A stretch of DNA of 64,000 nt from Octopus sinensis (lineage: Eukaryota), in assembly GCF_006345805.1 (NCBI RefSeq), contig NC_043006.1, forward strand, positions 85,808,001 through 85,872,000. The letters are read 5' to 3'. The notes below the pieces were generated by a model. That model saw only the letters and a list, made by a program, of their open reading frames with translations. It was not told the DNA's origin and searched no databases. A program made the translations under genes and the position numbers. Of the stretch, positions 1 through 12,744 are shown piece after piece. Each line of letters begins with the position of its first letter. Position 1 is the first letter of the stretch.

Positions 1-1046
1 AATTTTAGATAAAAACAGTTAATTGGTAATTCTGGAATGCTTTCATTTAGTAAAGTAAAACATATATATCAAAGAACTGACTCCCAACTTAGCTGAGCAT
101 TTAACAACTCTAAAACAGGAATTAAGGCTTTGTTTCCCATCACTGATCATGACTGAATTTGAAATGATTTTGTGGAAATTCAAGCTTCATGGTTAGATTG
201 TTCCAAAGGTCTTCCATCGTGCAGAGCAACCAGTCATGACGTCAACAAGGTATATCAACATCAATGCTGCTTTGTTCAAGTTGTGACAGCATGGAATATA
301 AACATACCTGCACATCCATATATACAATACATAAACATACACGTATACACACACACACATACATGACAGTTTCAGTATACCATATTCCTTCACATGGCTT
401 TGGTGAACCCAGAGCATGGTAAGATAAAACCTGAAACCACATGGCTGTGAACACACAGTTATGCCTGTGACTATCCTTACTTTACTATATGTTCTTCACT
501 AAATTAATCATATATTCAACAAGCACCATAAAAAATATCTTTGGCTCCTTGGGTAAGTGTCTTCTACTATAATCTCAAGCCAACTAAAGCCTGCAGGGGG
601 GGGGCAGTTGAATCGTAAACAGAATCTTAAATTATGTGTGTGTGGAGTGTACTTTTAAACTCCAAAACTTTCACTAAGTGTAACTGTACATCTCTACAAA
701 ATTGACAAAGAAATAAGGTGCAGTTATTTGGGCAACACCAAACAAAAATGCTTGCTTCAAGCACAAGCCCTTATTCACATATTAGATTCTATCCTTGCTC
801 TTTGAAGGTTCAGACAACTATCAGATTATTGTTACATGTGCAAGCAAGCATGCACATGTTAATGCATATACACACACACACATTTGTGTCTACATGTGGT
901 ATGTAGACATACAGGCGTTTGTGTATGCATTTACTTGTGTATATATGAATACACATAAATGCATATGTAAACATGCATACACACACATCTCTCCATGTGT
1001 GTGTATAAACACATATGTAGGTGAGTACATAAATATCTGAGCTATA

Positions 1047-1766
1047 TCTTATATATTAAAAGGCAAGTTGTCTGTGTGTTGTGTGAACCACTTCTACTCC
1101 AACAATTTCCAATCGAATTTCACCAAATTTGACATGTGCTCTCTTTGACTTAGGACGCTTTTTCTTATAATTTTTTCCTCAAAATTCCACGCCTCCAACA
1201 TAAATAGACTACTCTCAATTCGCCTAGGATTTGGCTTGAACCAGCGAAAAAACATGACACACACCCAGCTGGATAAAAATTAATACTTTGTCAGCTGTGG
1301 TGAGCTCTTATCGACTGCTTGCACAGTACTGCCAGCAGTATTCCTTTGCGAGTTACTTAATTCGGTCAGTTTGATTAAGATTTTTGCCATCTACATTTTA
1401 CTATTTTATGAGTGCTACACATTCACTGCTTTTTCCTTAGGACTTTTTCTATTGCGTAAACTAATAATTTTCCACCATATCTCAATGCAAAAGATCCAAT
1501 ATAGGTTGGCAAACAAATGCTGCAAAGTAAATGTATGTGGGCAAATGAATCTGCCATGGACACTGCCAGGAGGAAATCTCTCAATGCATTTGGAATGGCT
1601 TCAGCGCGAAGAAGGGAAAGTGAAGAGCAGCGTTGTGATCGGTTATCACATATTGATGTGCAACAAGCCGCAACGAGCAACGTTCAGCATGCCGAACAAG
1701 AAATGCTTTCTCTACTGCTGCTACACAAGCTTCAGAGACTGCAGCACAATGCGCAGATCAACTAAC
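1047..1766 (+). mobile_element. Helitron-like 5' fragment (3'-truncated)
   Basis: Starts A|TC (TCTTATATATTAAAAGG...GTCTGTGTG...aatttcaccaaatttgac), typical of Helitron 5' ends. ORF 1517-1765 contains ASARRRESEEQRCDRL, resembling the low-complexity N-terminal repeats of RepHel proteins. No CTAG 3' end seen. Confidence 0.55.
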
Positions 1767-2297
1767 AAAAAATGGGACAAGACACAAAACATCCAGACAG
1801 ATGATACAAAAAAGGGACAAGAAAAAACAAGGACAAGTCATTTGGAGTTTTCTTTCCTCGGTTGAGTTCCAGATTATCTTTACAATTTCAGCTGGTTATA
1901 CTTGAGATTGCTCCAATTTGGCCAGCCCCAAGGAAAAACTAAGCTAAGAGCACTAGATTCCTTGGAATAAAGCAGCAAATGTATACGAAAACAAGCACGG
2001 AAAAAAAAAACGGAGAAATGGTACACAAATACAAATAACAGAACATTAACAACAGGTGTCTTTTGACTAAGGATGAATTAAATTAAGCTGACGTGTGTGG
2101 AAGTGAAGCCTTACGACAGGGATATAAGAGATGACAGGCATGGGGAGGAATATAGATGTTGCACAGATGGTAGTCAAAACAAGAAAGGTCAAGCTTGGCC
2201 AAACACCAGTCACATGGGGAGTGTGAAGGATAAATTGTTGCCAGTTTTTATTTTTAATTTTGTGCATGTGCATTGTTTGTTTTGATTTTGTTGACTA

Positions 2298-3400
2298 CAC
2301 AGTGTAGGAGGGTCAGCTGGGGACTAGAAATTTGGAAACAACCTGCTGTACTGCTTGGTATTCACACTGGAAGCTACAATATGAACATTTCAGTGTGTTT
2401 GGGTGTCAATCTGAGGACAATGCAGAGGATTCGGAAAGAGTTGGATGAGTTTAAAGGTGATTGCGAAGGTACAGCAGCTCTGAAAAACACACTGATGGTT
2501 CTGATAAGAAAAGAACTCCTGAATTTGTTAGCGAGATCCAGCATATGATTGACAATGATCCCTCCAAGTTAATTAGATACATCACCAGGGACATGGGAGT
2601 GTCTGAGTTTCTTATCAGGCAGATAGTGTATAAAGACATTCAGTATTCGTCATACAAGATGAGAAAGGGCCAATTTTTATCCCAAGCCATCAAGGACAAG
2701 AGGAAAGAGTGCACTACGAAGCTTTTAAACAAACTCAAGCATCTCCTCCAGGCAAACATGCTATGGTCTTTCTCAGATGAGAAAATTTCTGCCAGGATCA
2801 GATGATGAATACACAGAACAATCATTGGCTTGCTGTGTCCCCAAAACATGTACCGAGAGTGATAAAATCAAACATCCAGTTAACATCATGGTGTTTGGAT
2901 TGATCTCACTAGTGATGGTGATGTTATGCCTCCATTCATCTTTCCACACAGTTTCAGGCTCAACACAGAAACCTACATCAAGTGCCTGGAGGAAGTAGTG
3001 CTGTCCTGGGTTAAGAGGGTGGCTGCTGAAAGATCCTATGTTTGGTAACAAGTCTATGCACCATGCCACACAAGTAGGAGAACCTAGTCATGGCTGTCAG
3101 ACAATTTCTGCGATCGTATTACCCCCCAACATCTCGCCACCTAACTCCCCAGACTGCAACCCCTTTTATTATTATATGTGAAGCACAGTTGAGCAAGAGA
3201 CCAACAAAACTCATTGTAACACTAAAGATGAACTAAAGGCAAGAATTATAACAACATTCAGCAACAAAGAGACCATCCAGAAGAGTTGCAGGAGATTCTG
3301 AAGTCGTCTGGGGGCAGTGGTTGAAGGCATTGGCGATTTTATTGCAGTGCTATTTTCGTTTTTGAGTAATTTTAGACAACAATTCATTCACTGCACTGTG
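2298..3400 (+). mobile_element. Decayed Tc1/mariner transposon, DD37D (maT-type) transposase pseudogene
   Basis: Translation across frames gives an HTH region (MIDNDPSK..RDMGVSE), WSFSDEK, MVFG, W*QVYAPCHTSRRT*SWLSDNFCD and SPPNSPDCNPFYYY. There are 37 residues between the positions of the 2nd and 3rd catalytic Asp, both mutated in this copy. Stops and frameshifts present. Only a 9/10-bp terminal match (CACAGTGYAG). Confidence 0.85.
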
Positions 3401-3420
3401 TGTGTGTGTGCGTGCATGTA

Positions 3421-3462
<42 letters not shown>

Positions 3463-3514
3463 GATAGATAGATAGATAGATAGATAGACAGAGAGAGAAG
3501 GAAAGAGAGAGAGA
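3395..3514. repeat. Compound microsatellite (GT)n(TA)n(GATA)n(GA)n
   Basis: Directly visible. Confidence 0.95.
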
Positions 3515-4039
3515 CCTGCATCATATTTAGTAGCTCTTTCAGAAATTACTGTCTTCCACAGATAACTGATATTTTTCATTCATCAATGTACCAAATGTAG
3601 AGGAGGACATTCATTTTTTTTTTTTATACCAACAGCATAAACTTCTAGAGGTAATTATGAGGAGCAAAAATAGGTACCATAAACCTTATGAAATAAAACT
3701 GCAAATTACATATCGTGAAATTTTCATTCACCAATCAGCTTGAGTTTGTCCAAAGCTTAAGCATCTGAAGTAGAAAGTGATAAATTATACACCACAGCTC
3801 TCTCTACCTACCTCTCCTTCCCACACACATTATAATTATCAACAAGCATATTGCAAGCTAATGTATGGTTAGAGAAATTTACACAGTAGTTTCTGTTTTT
3901 TTTTTTAGTTCACCAGTAAAAAATAAGCAAAAACCTCTTGGATCAGACAAGTATATTTCTCTTTAGTCTTGTGTGACCTACTTCCATGTAAACCAGCACT
4001 TTAAATTCACATTATGCATCCTATTTTACTTGTTGAAAC

Positions 4040-4290
4040 CAATACGGTACTGTCTGTTGCATGACTAATATATAGACATCTATAGTTCAGTCTCCAGCTC
4101 CACAGTGCTGCACACTCGGCAATGTCTACATTTCTTTCTAGGTCTTCTTGTCTATATTCTGATGCCACACAACACACAGCAGTTGATGTAAATAGTGGAA
4201 TCATTTCCCAACAAAATATTCATACAAGTCAGTCATGCAGATATTTATATTACCTGCACATACATTATCTTTTCAACATCCTTGTTTACA
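4040..4290 (-). mobile_element. Highly decayed LINE C-terminal relic
   Basis: The minus strand carries a degenerate 'VALYGAETWT'-like segment (gtgcagcactgtggagctggagactgaact). Confidence 0.35.
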
Positions 4291-5993
4291 GCCTGACCTA
4301 TTTTCTATTGCTCTTCACTGACCAACAGTAAAGCTTTTGTTAATAAAATATCTGGAGTAGCATCAAGATATAAAATATTTCAGTTACTCTTACGCTTCAT
4401 ACATTTCATAAAACCTCTCAGTCAATTTTGTACAAACTATAGACTAAAAGAAACTATCAATAGAGTTCTCTCAAAACATATTTTGGTACAAGTGGCTATT
4501 CAACATTCAGCCTTTTAGCCCTAGGTGAACTATGAGCCACCAAACCTATGATCATAGATATTCTAGTTAGAACAATTCCATCTTTATTTGGATAGTGTAT
4601 TTTGGACTACACTATTCATGATATGAGATTTTGCCACTCTTTCTTGCTGGCCAAGCAATAGCATAGGTTTCTTTGTTGGCTTCAAAATTTAATTTCAGAT
4701 GGTACTGGCAGCAGGGTTGTGGAATCACTTGTGGAAGCAAGTGCCAAGTTAGAGGAATCAGCAAAAGTCTACAGATTTTGATACTAAATATAAATTAAAA
4801 TGCAATAAAATTTATAATCTCCCCAGATATCAATAAGGTTTTTCTATAGTTAAATAAGCAAATCAGATACAAGAGCTTCTGTAAAAGGAGGACTTGGTAG
4901 AAGTAATTCTGTTTTTAAAAATAAAATATTGGTAAATTTTGGATTTGTATTTTTGATTTAACGCCCTAAACCATAAATGTCTTTAGCTGTTTTGTCACTA
5001 AGTTCCTGTAGAAGTATATTACCTTTATCTCCAGTAACTAGTAAAATAACTTATTAAACTGGTTTGGAACATAATTAGCATGAAATTTTGATGGAAGGTT
5101 TAAACTTAGATCACTTTAAAATAGGAAATTTGCATCATAGATCCAGGGCAGGCTTGGACATGGTTGTAATTAAAAGGATTAATAAATTTTGTAGAGAAAT
5201 TTTTCAATCTTCTATAGTATGGTGTTTATTTCCTTTAATGTAATCTTTCATGTTATATAAATTTTATATCTGAATAAAAGAAAAGTTATCTAATTGAGTT
5301 TATCTTTCCAGAATGGTCGAAGAGCAAAGTTGCTTTAGGCATTCAATCCTTTAGTTTTAATTTTGACTTGCTGGTAAAGCCTCTGGGCAAGACATAACTG
5401 CATACAGTGGCGAGGCTCCAGTTAAGAATTTCAGAAGTTTGGTGGATATGGAGTTACCCCTTAGTCACTACTACTCCCAGGCATGTTCTGGCTCAGGTGG
5501 TAGTACCTGTCAAGGGACCCAGTTTTGAGTAGCATAGCAATAGACAGTCCTGAGGCTAAGGCACATAGACCCAGAAGAGGACTAGCTCCTAGACATGTCA
5601 CACAGGCTCACCAGTATAGCAACATACTATGATGTGTGAACCAGTCTTCCTGTCTAAGGGTTTCATAGGTCCTGTGCCTCATGAGTAAATTAAGGAGAGC
5701 AGGAAACTAGCAGAGTAAACTATAAATAAACTGGTAGAAAGTAATGGAAAACCACTGCTTTATTTTCCTCAAAAAAGGAAAAAAATTTAAAAGAAATCAT
5801 AACTCTTCAGACTGACATAGAGGTCCATGACTGCAAATGGAGAGAGAAAGAGAAAATCAAGCAGATTTTTTTTCTTCTTTTTTTGTAAATTGTCTCATAC
5901 TTAATTGTTTGTAGCCTCTTTAATACTTAATATTAAAACAAAAAGTCATAACTGCAAAACTATATATAGCCATTAAACTGAAGCTTCAACAGG

Positions 5994-6130
5994 TCAAGGT
6001 AATAAAATGTAACCAGGTGATCCACATATTCCATGTATATGGTTTACTTTCTTTCCAATTAATATACGAATACCATAAATTGAACAGTTGGAAGTTCTAT
6101 ATACTAATTCCACAGCCCTGACTGGCAATA
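5994..6130 (-). CDS. Candidate terminal coding exon of an unidentified spliced gene (VLPVRAVELVYRTSNCSIYGIRILIGKKVNHIHGICGSPGYILLP*)
   Basis: Acceptor gttgtatttacag at 6131. Open for 44 codons to TGA. Phase-1 compatible with candidate exon 7122-7212. No homolog recognised. Confidence 0.4.
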
Positions 6131-6659
6131 CTGTAAATACAACTACTCACTACAACTCATTATGATTAAAATTAACAAACTGAACTAAACACAGAAACAG
6201 AATTGAATAAGATCTAATCCAAAACAGCAAAAGAATTTTTGTTAATATATTTTCAATATATTCTTTAAATTTCTTCCAATTATTATTTTTGAAATCTCAG
6301 ATCCACTCTAGCATAAACAGTTCTTTAATTCATTGATTACTTCAAGGAAAACTTTAGAGATGTTGTTTAAGCTTCAAAAATAGGTCATTAATACTCTATT
6401 TTGTACGTAGCTTAATTGAAATACTGGTTCAATACCAATGTTTCTGGCAATTCCCTATAGCAATTTTCTTATACATTGATCTGAATTATTCTTGCCTTTA
6501 TACATCTGCTGAATCAAAGGCACCAGCCTATTCTAGAATAGGTTGGTGCCTATTCTAGTGTTTTAAAGATTATAGAAAAGAGGAAAAAATCTGAGAATGA
6601 AAAACTAACAGAATTCCAAATATTCCAATACATTATTGTTTTAATGATTACACACACAC

Positions 6660-6852
6660 ACCTTTTATTTCTTGTTTCAATCATTCGACTACAATTATAT
6701 TGGAGCATTGCCTTGAAGAAATTAGTCAAACAAATTGACTCTAATACTTATTTTTAAGCCTAGTATTTACTGGTCTCTTTTTATGGAACTGCTATGTTAT
6801 GAGGGTGTAAACAAACCAGCACCAGTTACGAAGCAGTAGGGTAGGGGGACAA

Positions 6853-6895
<43 letters not shown>

Positions 6896-7045
6896 AGCTT
6901 TCAATATTCCATCTAAAAAATCTACTCAAGGATTTGGTCAGACTGGAGCAATAGTGAAAGACACTTGCCCAAGGTGCAGCACACTGAGACTAAACTCATG
7001 ACAATATGATTGAGAAACACACTTCTTACCACACAGCCATGCCTG
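6660..7045 (-). mobile_element. tRNA-derived SINE, type A (decayed)
   Basis: Similar along its length to the well-preserved copy at 48862-49279, with an internal (TA)n. Confidence 0.85.
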
Positions 7046-7121
7046 TAATATATGTAAATATATTACATTTGGCCAGAATAAACAATTTTAGAAGATCATA
7101 CAGAGTCACTTCTTTGCTCAC

Positions 7122-7212
7122 CAAAGCCAGACAAATGCACTACTGAGATGTGTAGTGCAAGTGAAGCAGAAAGTAATGTGACGCTTCTAATATGTTCTCT
7201 AATTTCTTGGAA
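7122..7212 (-). CDS. Candidate internal exon (FQEIREHIRSVTLLSASLALHISVVHLSGF)
   Basis: ttatttag acceptor and G|gtgagc donor; 91 nt, open, phase 0 to 1. Confidence 0.4.
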
Positions 7213-7472
7213 CTAAATAATGCCATAGAAACCTATTTCACCAAATTAAAAATACAGAACAATTAATTATAATTTTTATAGAGATAAAACATTCCGAACT
7301 TGAAAGATAGGCCAAGCAAACAATCCATGGATAGGAGAGGTGATTTCATTTTTTTTTTATGACTGATTATTAACAGTAAAAAAAAAAAAAAGAAAAAAAA
7401 AACCTATCCTATACCAATCTAAATTAGAGCAACAATGGGATCTACAAAAACATAAAATAAAATCTACAATAC

Positions 7473-7591
7473 AATATTGTGTACTAAATGGAGAGCAAAT
7501 GATATGGGTGAAAAACAGTGTGGGCGAGACGAGAAGGAATGAAAGATAATACCAAAGTCATGAAAAGGCGCATAGGTCAGAACATGAATTT
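7473..7591 (-). CDS. Candidate internal exon (IHVLTYAPFHDFGIIFHSFSSRPHCFSPISFALHL[VHNI])
   Basis: ttccattttatcag acceptor; open frame; two alternative phase-0 donors (exon ending at 7485 or 7473); locally CpG-retaining. Confidence 0.38.
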
Positions 7592-8039
7592 CTGATAAAA
7601 TGGAAGTTAATAAAAATGAGCTACAACAAAGCTTTTAAAAATCAAATTATATGCCAAGGTATACAGCCAGAGTGACATAGTTTGTTAGGTTGCATACTTA
7701 TTTTTATACAGTTTTTATCTGTGGATAATCTTGCCTGACCCAGCTTGGTTCTGATGTAAAACATATCAGAAAATTGTCTAACATGATTGCATTGTTAAAA
7801 ACTATCAGTATAGACAAAAATATGTTTAAAAAAATCAAAGGCTATCTTCAAGTAAAAATATTTCCACAGAAAAACTAAATTTATGATTAAGAAACCATTA
7901 CATCAGTACTGTCAGAAGAAAAACTTTTTGGACACATAATATACATTTATGGAACCTTTCCTATTACATGAATGAGTTCAATTTAAAGAAAAAAGATATC
8001 ATCACTATTATTCTAACGTTCACTTTCCTATGCTTCCAT

Positions 8040-8380
8040 GGGTAAGACAGTTAAAAGAGTTTCTACAGCTGGATGCCCTTCCTGTTGCCAAGCCTTACCC
8101 ATTTCCAAGTAAGGAAATATTCCCTGATGGACTGACAAGTTTTGCAGAATATTGGAAATGAACAATGACACCCATTTATATTTATCACACAATATCAAAA
8201 CAAAGTGACACAAACACACAACAGGCTTCTTTCAGTTTCTGTCTATCAAATCCATTCACAAGGCTCTGGTCAATTCAGAGTTAAAGTAGAAGACAAACAC
8301 CCAAGATTCTGTGCAGTTGGACTGAACTCAAAACCATTCGGTTGGGAAGCAAACTTCTTAACCACACAGCTGCCTTCACC
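8040..8380 (-). mobile_element. tRNA-derived SINE, type B (type A head + RTE-like 3' tail)
   Basis: Head matches SINE A. Tail ggcaacaggaagggcatccagctgtagaaac matches the RTE 3' UTR at 35420-35455. Further copies at ~9215-9580, 37555-37880 (+), 53960-54170 and 62950-63370. Confidence 0.75.
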
Positions 8381-10949
8381 TAGCTACCTTTTACTAATTT
8401 CATAGACTGATCAATATTTTGTAATGTTTTAAAATAACTATAAACCACAAATAGATTGAGGTGAAATAATCTTTCAAGAACAAATCGATCTATGTTACAC
8501 AAATTCAGCATTATTAATGTATTGCATTTTACAAACCATCCCACATACCCATCTCTGCATAAAAAATTCTCTTAACAATGTCCTTATCTTTGCTTGAAAT
8601 ATATTACTTTTGTTTCAATTTTGAAAACAAAATATAGAACAACTGTCATTATTAAGCTAGTGTTCGGGAACATAAAATGAAAATCTACTGAAAGGTTTTA
8701 ATTTATATCACTTTAAAACGGGGAGCGTGTAACATAGAACTAGGGACAGTTTCACGCAAATTGGTATCAAAAGGGTTAATATTTGTATAGATGTCCTGAA
8801 GCACATTTTCATTTTGTTTTTGTCTAAGACTTACAAGTGGTCTTAATATTCCTCTAAATACAGTATATGCAATTATTTTTTAAATATTTCTTTTGGGAGG
8901 GGGAGAACCCCTCACATTTTTTATATTACCAACTCTAAAACAGCAAAAACCTTGCTACTTGTTTTGTGTTTAATATTGAAAAAAATAATAATCAAAAGCC
9001 AAAGTACAGGATAAGATTTAACACAAAAATGATGTTAAATTTGTAGGTCAATTTTAAAACAAAGAGCAGCCACTCCTTATGACATATACTAGGACAAACA
9101 AAAGCTGTAAAATTATTGATTCCTTTTAGTCACCATACTATTTGTAAATACTTTTTAAAAAATTAAAGCAATAGAAAAAACATTTTCAATTTGTCATAAC
9201 CATTATTTAACATCCTCTTCTCCACGCTTGCAAGGGTCAGATTGAATTTATTGTGGCAAATTTTCTATGGCCAGATGCTCTTCCTGTTGCAAATCCTTAA
9301 GTGTGTCCAAAAGAGGTAATGTTTCTCATGACCAGTTATGCATTTCATGGAAGACTGGAAACAAACATCACTTTTATGGTGGTGAGGCTCATTTACAATC
9401 ATCACATAATGTTAAGAAAATGGTTCATACATACCCACATTACCTACCTACACACACACACACGGGGGGGGGGGTTCAATTTCTATCAAATGCCATCCCA
9501 AGGCTTTAGTTGGCCTAAAGTAGCACAGAACCTGCAACCATATAAGTAGGAAATGCCTTAACCACACAGCAATACCAGCACCTATCCGTCTTTTTTTTTT
9601 TTCTTTTATCATTTAAATCTATCAAGATCAATACAAAATAGATAATTATCTTGTAATGTTCTTTACTTTTAATATGAAAATCCTGACATTCCAGAAACAG
9701 AACACTTCAAGAGATTCAAAAACAAAAGCAACCTGTCCATTAAATAATTAACCCTTTTGCTTCCATATTTCTTTTGAAATGCACTGCTTTGTTTTAGTTA
9801 ATTATGAAAATAATGAACTAATAGTAAAATAACTCCTTGTTAATCAGGTGTTTGGAGTTTTTATTGGAGATTTCAATTTTGGGACCAGGGTAATCTCAGT
9901 GTGTAGGTATCAAAAGAATATGAATTTTCCAATTAAGAGCTCCATGGTAAGCAAACAAAACCCTACTTAAATCAATAAGGAAGTTTCAAAAATAAAACAT
10001 TCACTGGTTGGAAAACTAAATATTTCTATCTTATTTTGAAAGATAATTCATATGACAATAGAATCTGTCATTACCATACAACCAATGAGTAAAAATACTA
10101 CTTTCAAAAGGAAGAACATTTTAAAAGCTTGTTTCAAAACAAACCTACATTATTTTATAATAATAAAAGACTGGAAGTTAATTCAATTAATTTTGCAGCA
10201 AAATAACCATTTGGCAAAGTGATAATTAACATAAATTACAAGTTGCAAGCAAATCTAGTTTACCTAAATTTTTATTTAAGGCATATATTGTTTAAAGAAA
10301 AATTAAAAATTCAAATTTGTTTGAACAAATATCAGATAACACATACAAGGTAGTTCTTGAACAAACATCAAACTAATATGGCATTTAACTAGTTTACTTC
10401 CAGTGACACTAATTATACAGTCCTTGAATGAAGAAAAAGCATAAAAGGCCAAAACTAGAATAAACTGAACTAAATAACATTGCACAAATAGCAAAGGTCT
10501 TGTGCTGCTGCTCTTTAATTTCACTTTTTATACAGAAACAATATAACTTTCAACTCAATATCATTTCAAGTGGCTCATTAAAATCAGAATTACAAATAAA
10601 CACTCAATTATTTTCTTATAGCATATATGCCAATAGCTTCCTATTTTTCTGTTCAGAGTTTTTTTTAAAAGTTCTATGAAAATAAAAATACAATTACATT
10701 CTACAGAAATTCACAAGACATTCTGCAATATTGAAACAAACTGTATCAGTAACTTAGTTTAGCTAATAGCCAAAAATGTGTTAGAATAAGTTGGATTTTC
10801 TTATACCCTTCATAAAAGGAGGTTTATAAGCAGCATCACAATGGATATTTAATAAGGGTACAGAGTCACTGTTGAAATCCCAACACAGAACTGAAGCTAA
10901 CCAGATTGATCCCACTTATGTCTCCATGAAAATAATGTATATAAGATCC

Positions 10950-12450
10950 TGACTACCATGATACAGCTCAATCTGCTTGAATTCCAAAGAGAAAAAAACC
11001 TATCTCAATATATCTGGTCAACCCTATCAAACCCAGATACTGCCATATCAGTTGTTATAATATGCATGAATAGATTTGCTAAACTCCATGTGGAACTGTT
11101 TGACCAGTTAGAGGAATGCACCATATTCTCAAAGTCTGTTGCATATGCTACTGAGCAATATGTCCCCACTGTGCAACTTTCTCCTTGGAGAGATGCCAAA
11201 GTTCAGGAAGCCTGAAACAGTCTGGCAGCTATGTAACAAGCAAACTGGTGGAACAAGACTGTTGCAACACAATGCTGTAGCAGCCACATCCTTAACCTTA
11301 GCTCAGCAGTACACTGCAAACCAAAGAGCAGATCAACAGTATAAATGAAGCAAATGACAGCAGACAAATTACCACAGAAGAGAAAGCCATAAACTGGTTA
11401 CAAATCTAAACCAGCCTCAAAAGTGAAAGTAAATAAGCCACAAGATCAACCAGCTGGTTTGGAATCCCATTGAAAAGCTGCTCAACAGAAACAATTCCCA
11501 CAGACAATTTCATTGTGATACCAATCTCACTACTGCTCACCAATATTCCAGCTGGTAAAATTACCTTTGAAGTGTCAACTACTACTAAACAGTTCAAACC
11601 CAGCAAATTGTGTGGTGCAGATGTTCTGCAGAATCCTGAATTACATCCAAGACATAACTGAAATACTCAGATCAAATCAAAACAGCTTTCACAAAGGCCA
11701 TTTCACCCTTGTACATATTTTAAATATTTGCTGAATCATTGAAACCATCTCAGCAAAGAAAGATACATCTTTGTGTATTTCCTGAAAGCTGACTTCACAG
11801 GAATCAATGTTAAACCAAATGAGGTTGCAAACACTATTTGCTCTATGCAGACTTCAGAAGTTATGTATGCACCCTGACAGAAATAATACATTCACAGTCA
11901 ACACAGGGATTCTCCAAAGGTACCTTAGTGCCTTCCCTTTTCATTATACAATCTTGAACAATATACTATATCATGCTATAGCATCTGAACTAGGCACAAC
12001 TCTCCATTCCTGCCAAGGTTCACATAATCCAGCAGATAACATTGCACTCATCTCACAAATGCTCAAACTCTCTTCACAAATCTGGAGTCAGCCATTGAAG
12101 TTAATCTCTCAAAAGACTATGGTTGGTGAAAATTCTGGTGTAGGTGATCTTACACTTTAATAAGGACCCATTAAGTCAGCTGCCAATTTCTGCTACCCGG
12201 GATCTTGTATTCACTCTACCAACATATATTAACATTTGTAAAGTGATAACATGGTCAGCACCCAACAATGTATGGAAACTTTGGAAAGCGCAACTGTCAC
12301 ATGGCCTAATGCTACACCCGTTGTGCTACAGTAGAATTTGTTCTGCTCTATGGCTCTGAATGCTGGTCTCTTACAGTGGCCCAATAGCAATCACTAGACA
12401 AAACATACACTCAATTTCTGTGCAAGGCCTTTAACATCTCTTATGCTAAC
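10950..12450 (+). mobile_element. Decayed RTE-like LINE reverse transcriptase
   Basis: HPDRNNTFTVNTGILQ (~GVLQGD), PADNIAL (~ADDIAL), LKLISQKT, and LLYGSECWSLT at ~12343-12375; many stops. Confidence 0.75.
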
Positions 12451-12694
12451 CATATATCAAACAAGTCACTGAGCTTTTTATCTATAATCCTGTGGGGGAT
12501 GTACAAACCTGATGATTAGGTCTGCATGACATATGTACATAAACTTATGTGAGGCTCAAGGGTATGCACTGCCTCAGAGTTGACATGCGCAATGTCACCT
12601 TACACAGCCTGGAGTAGGTTAATGGCTACAAGTGATGTGACAGATTGAGAAGATCTCTATACACATTCTGTAGTGCAGTATAACATTGAAGTAA

Positions 12695-12744
<50 letters not shown>

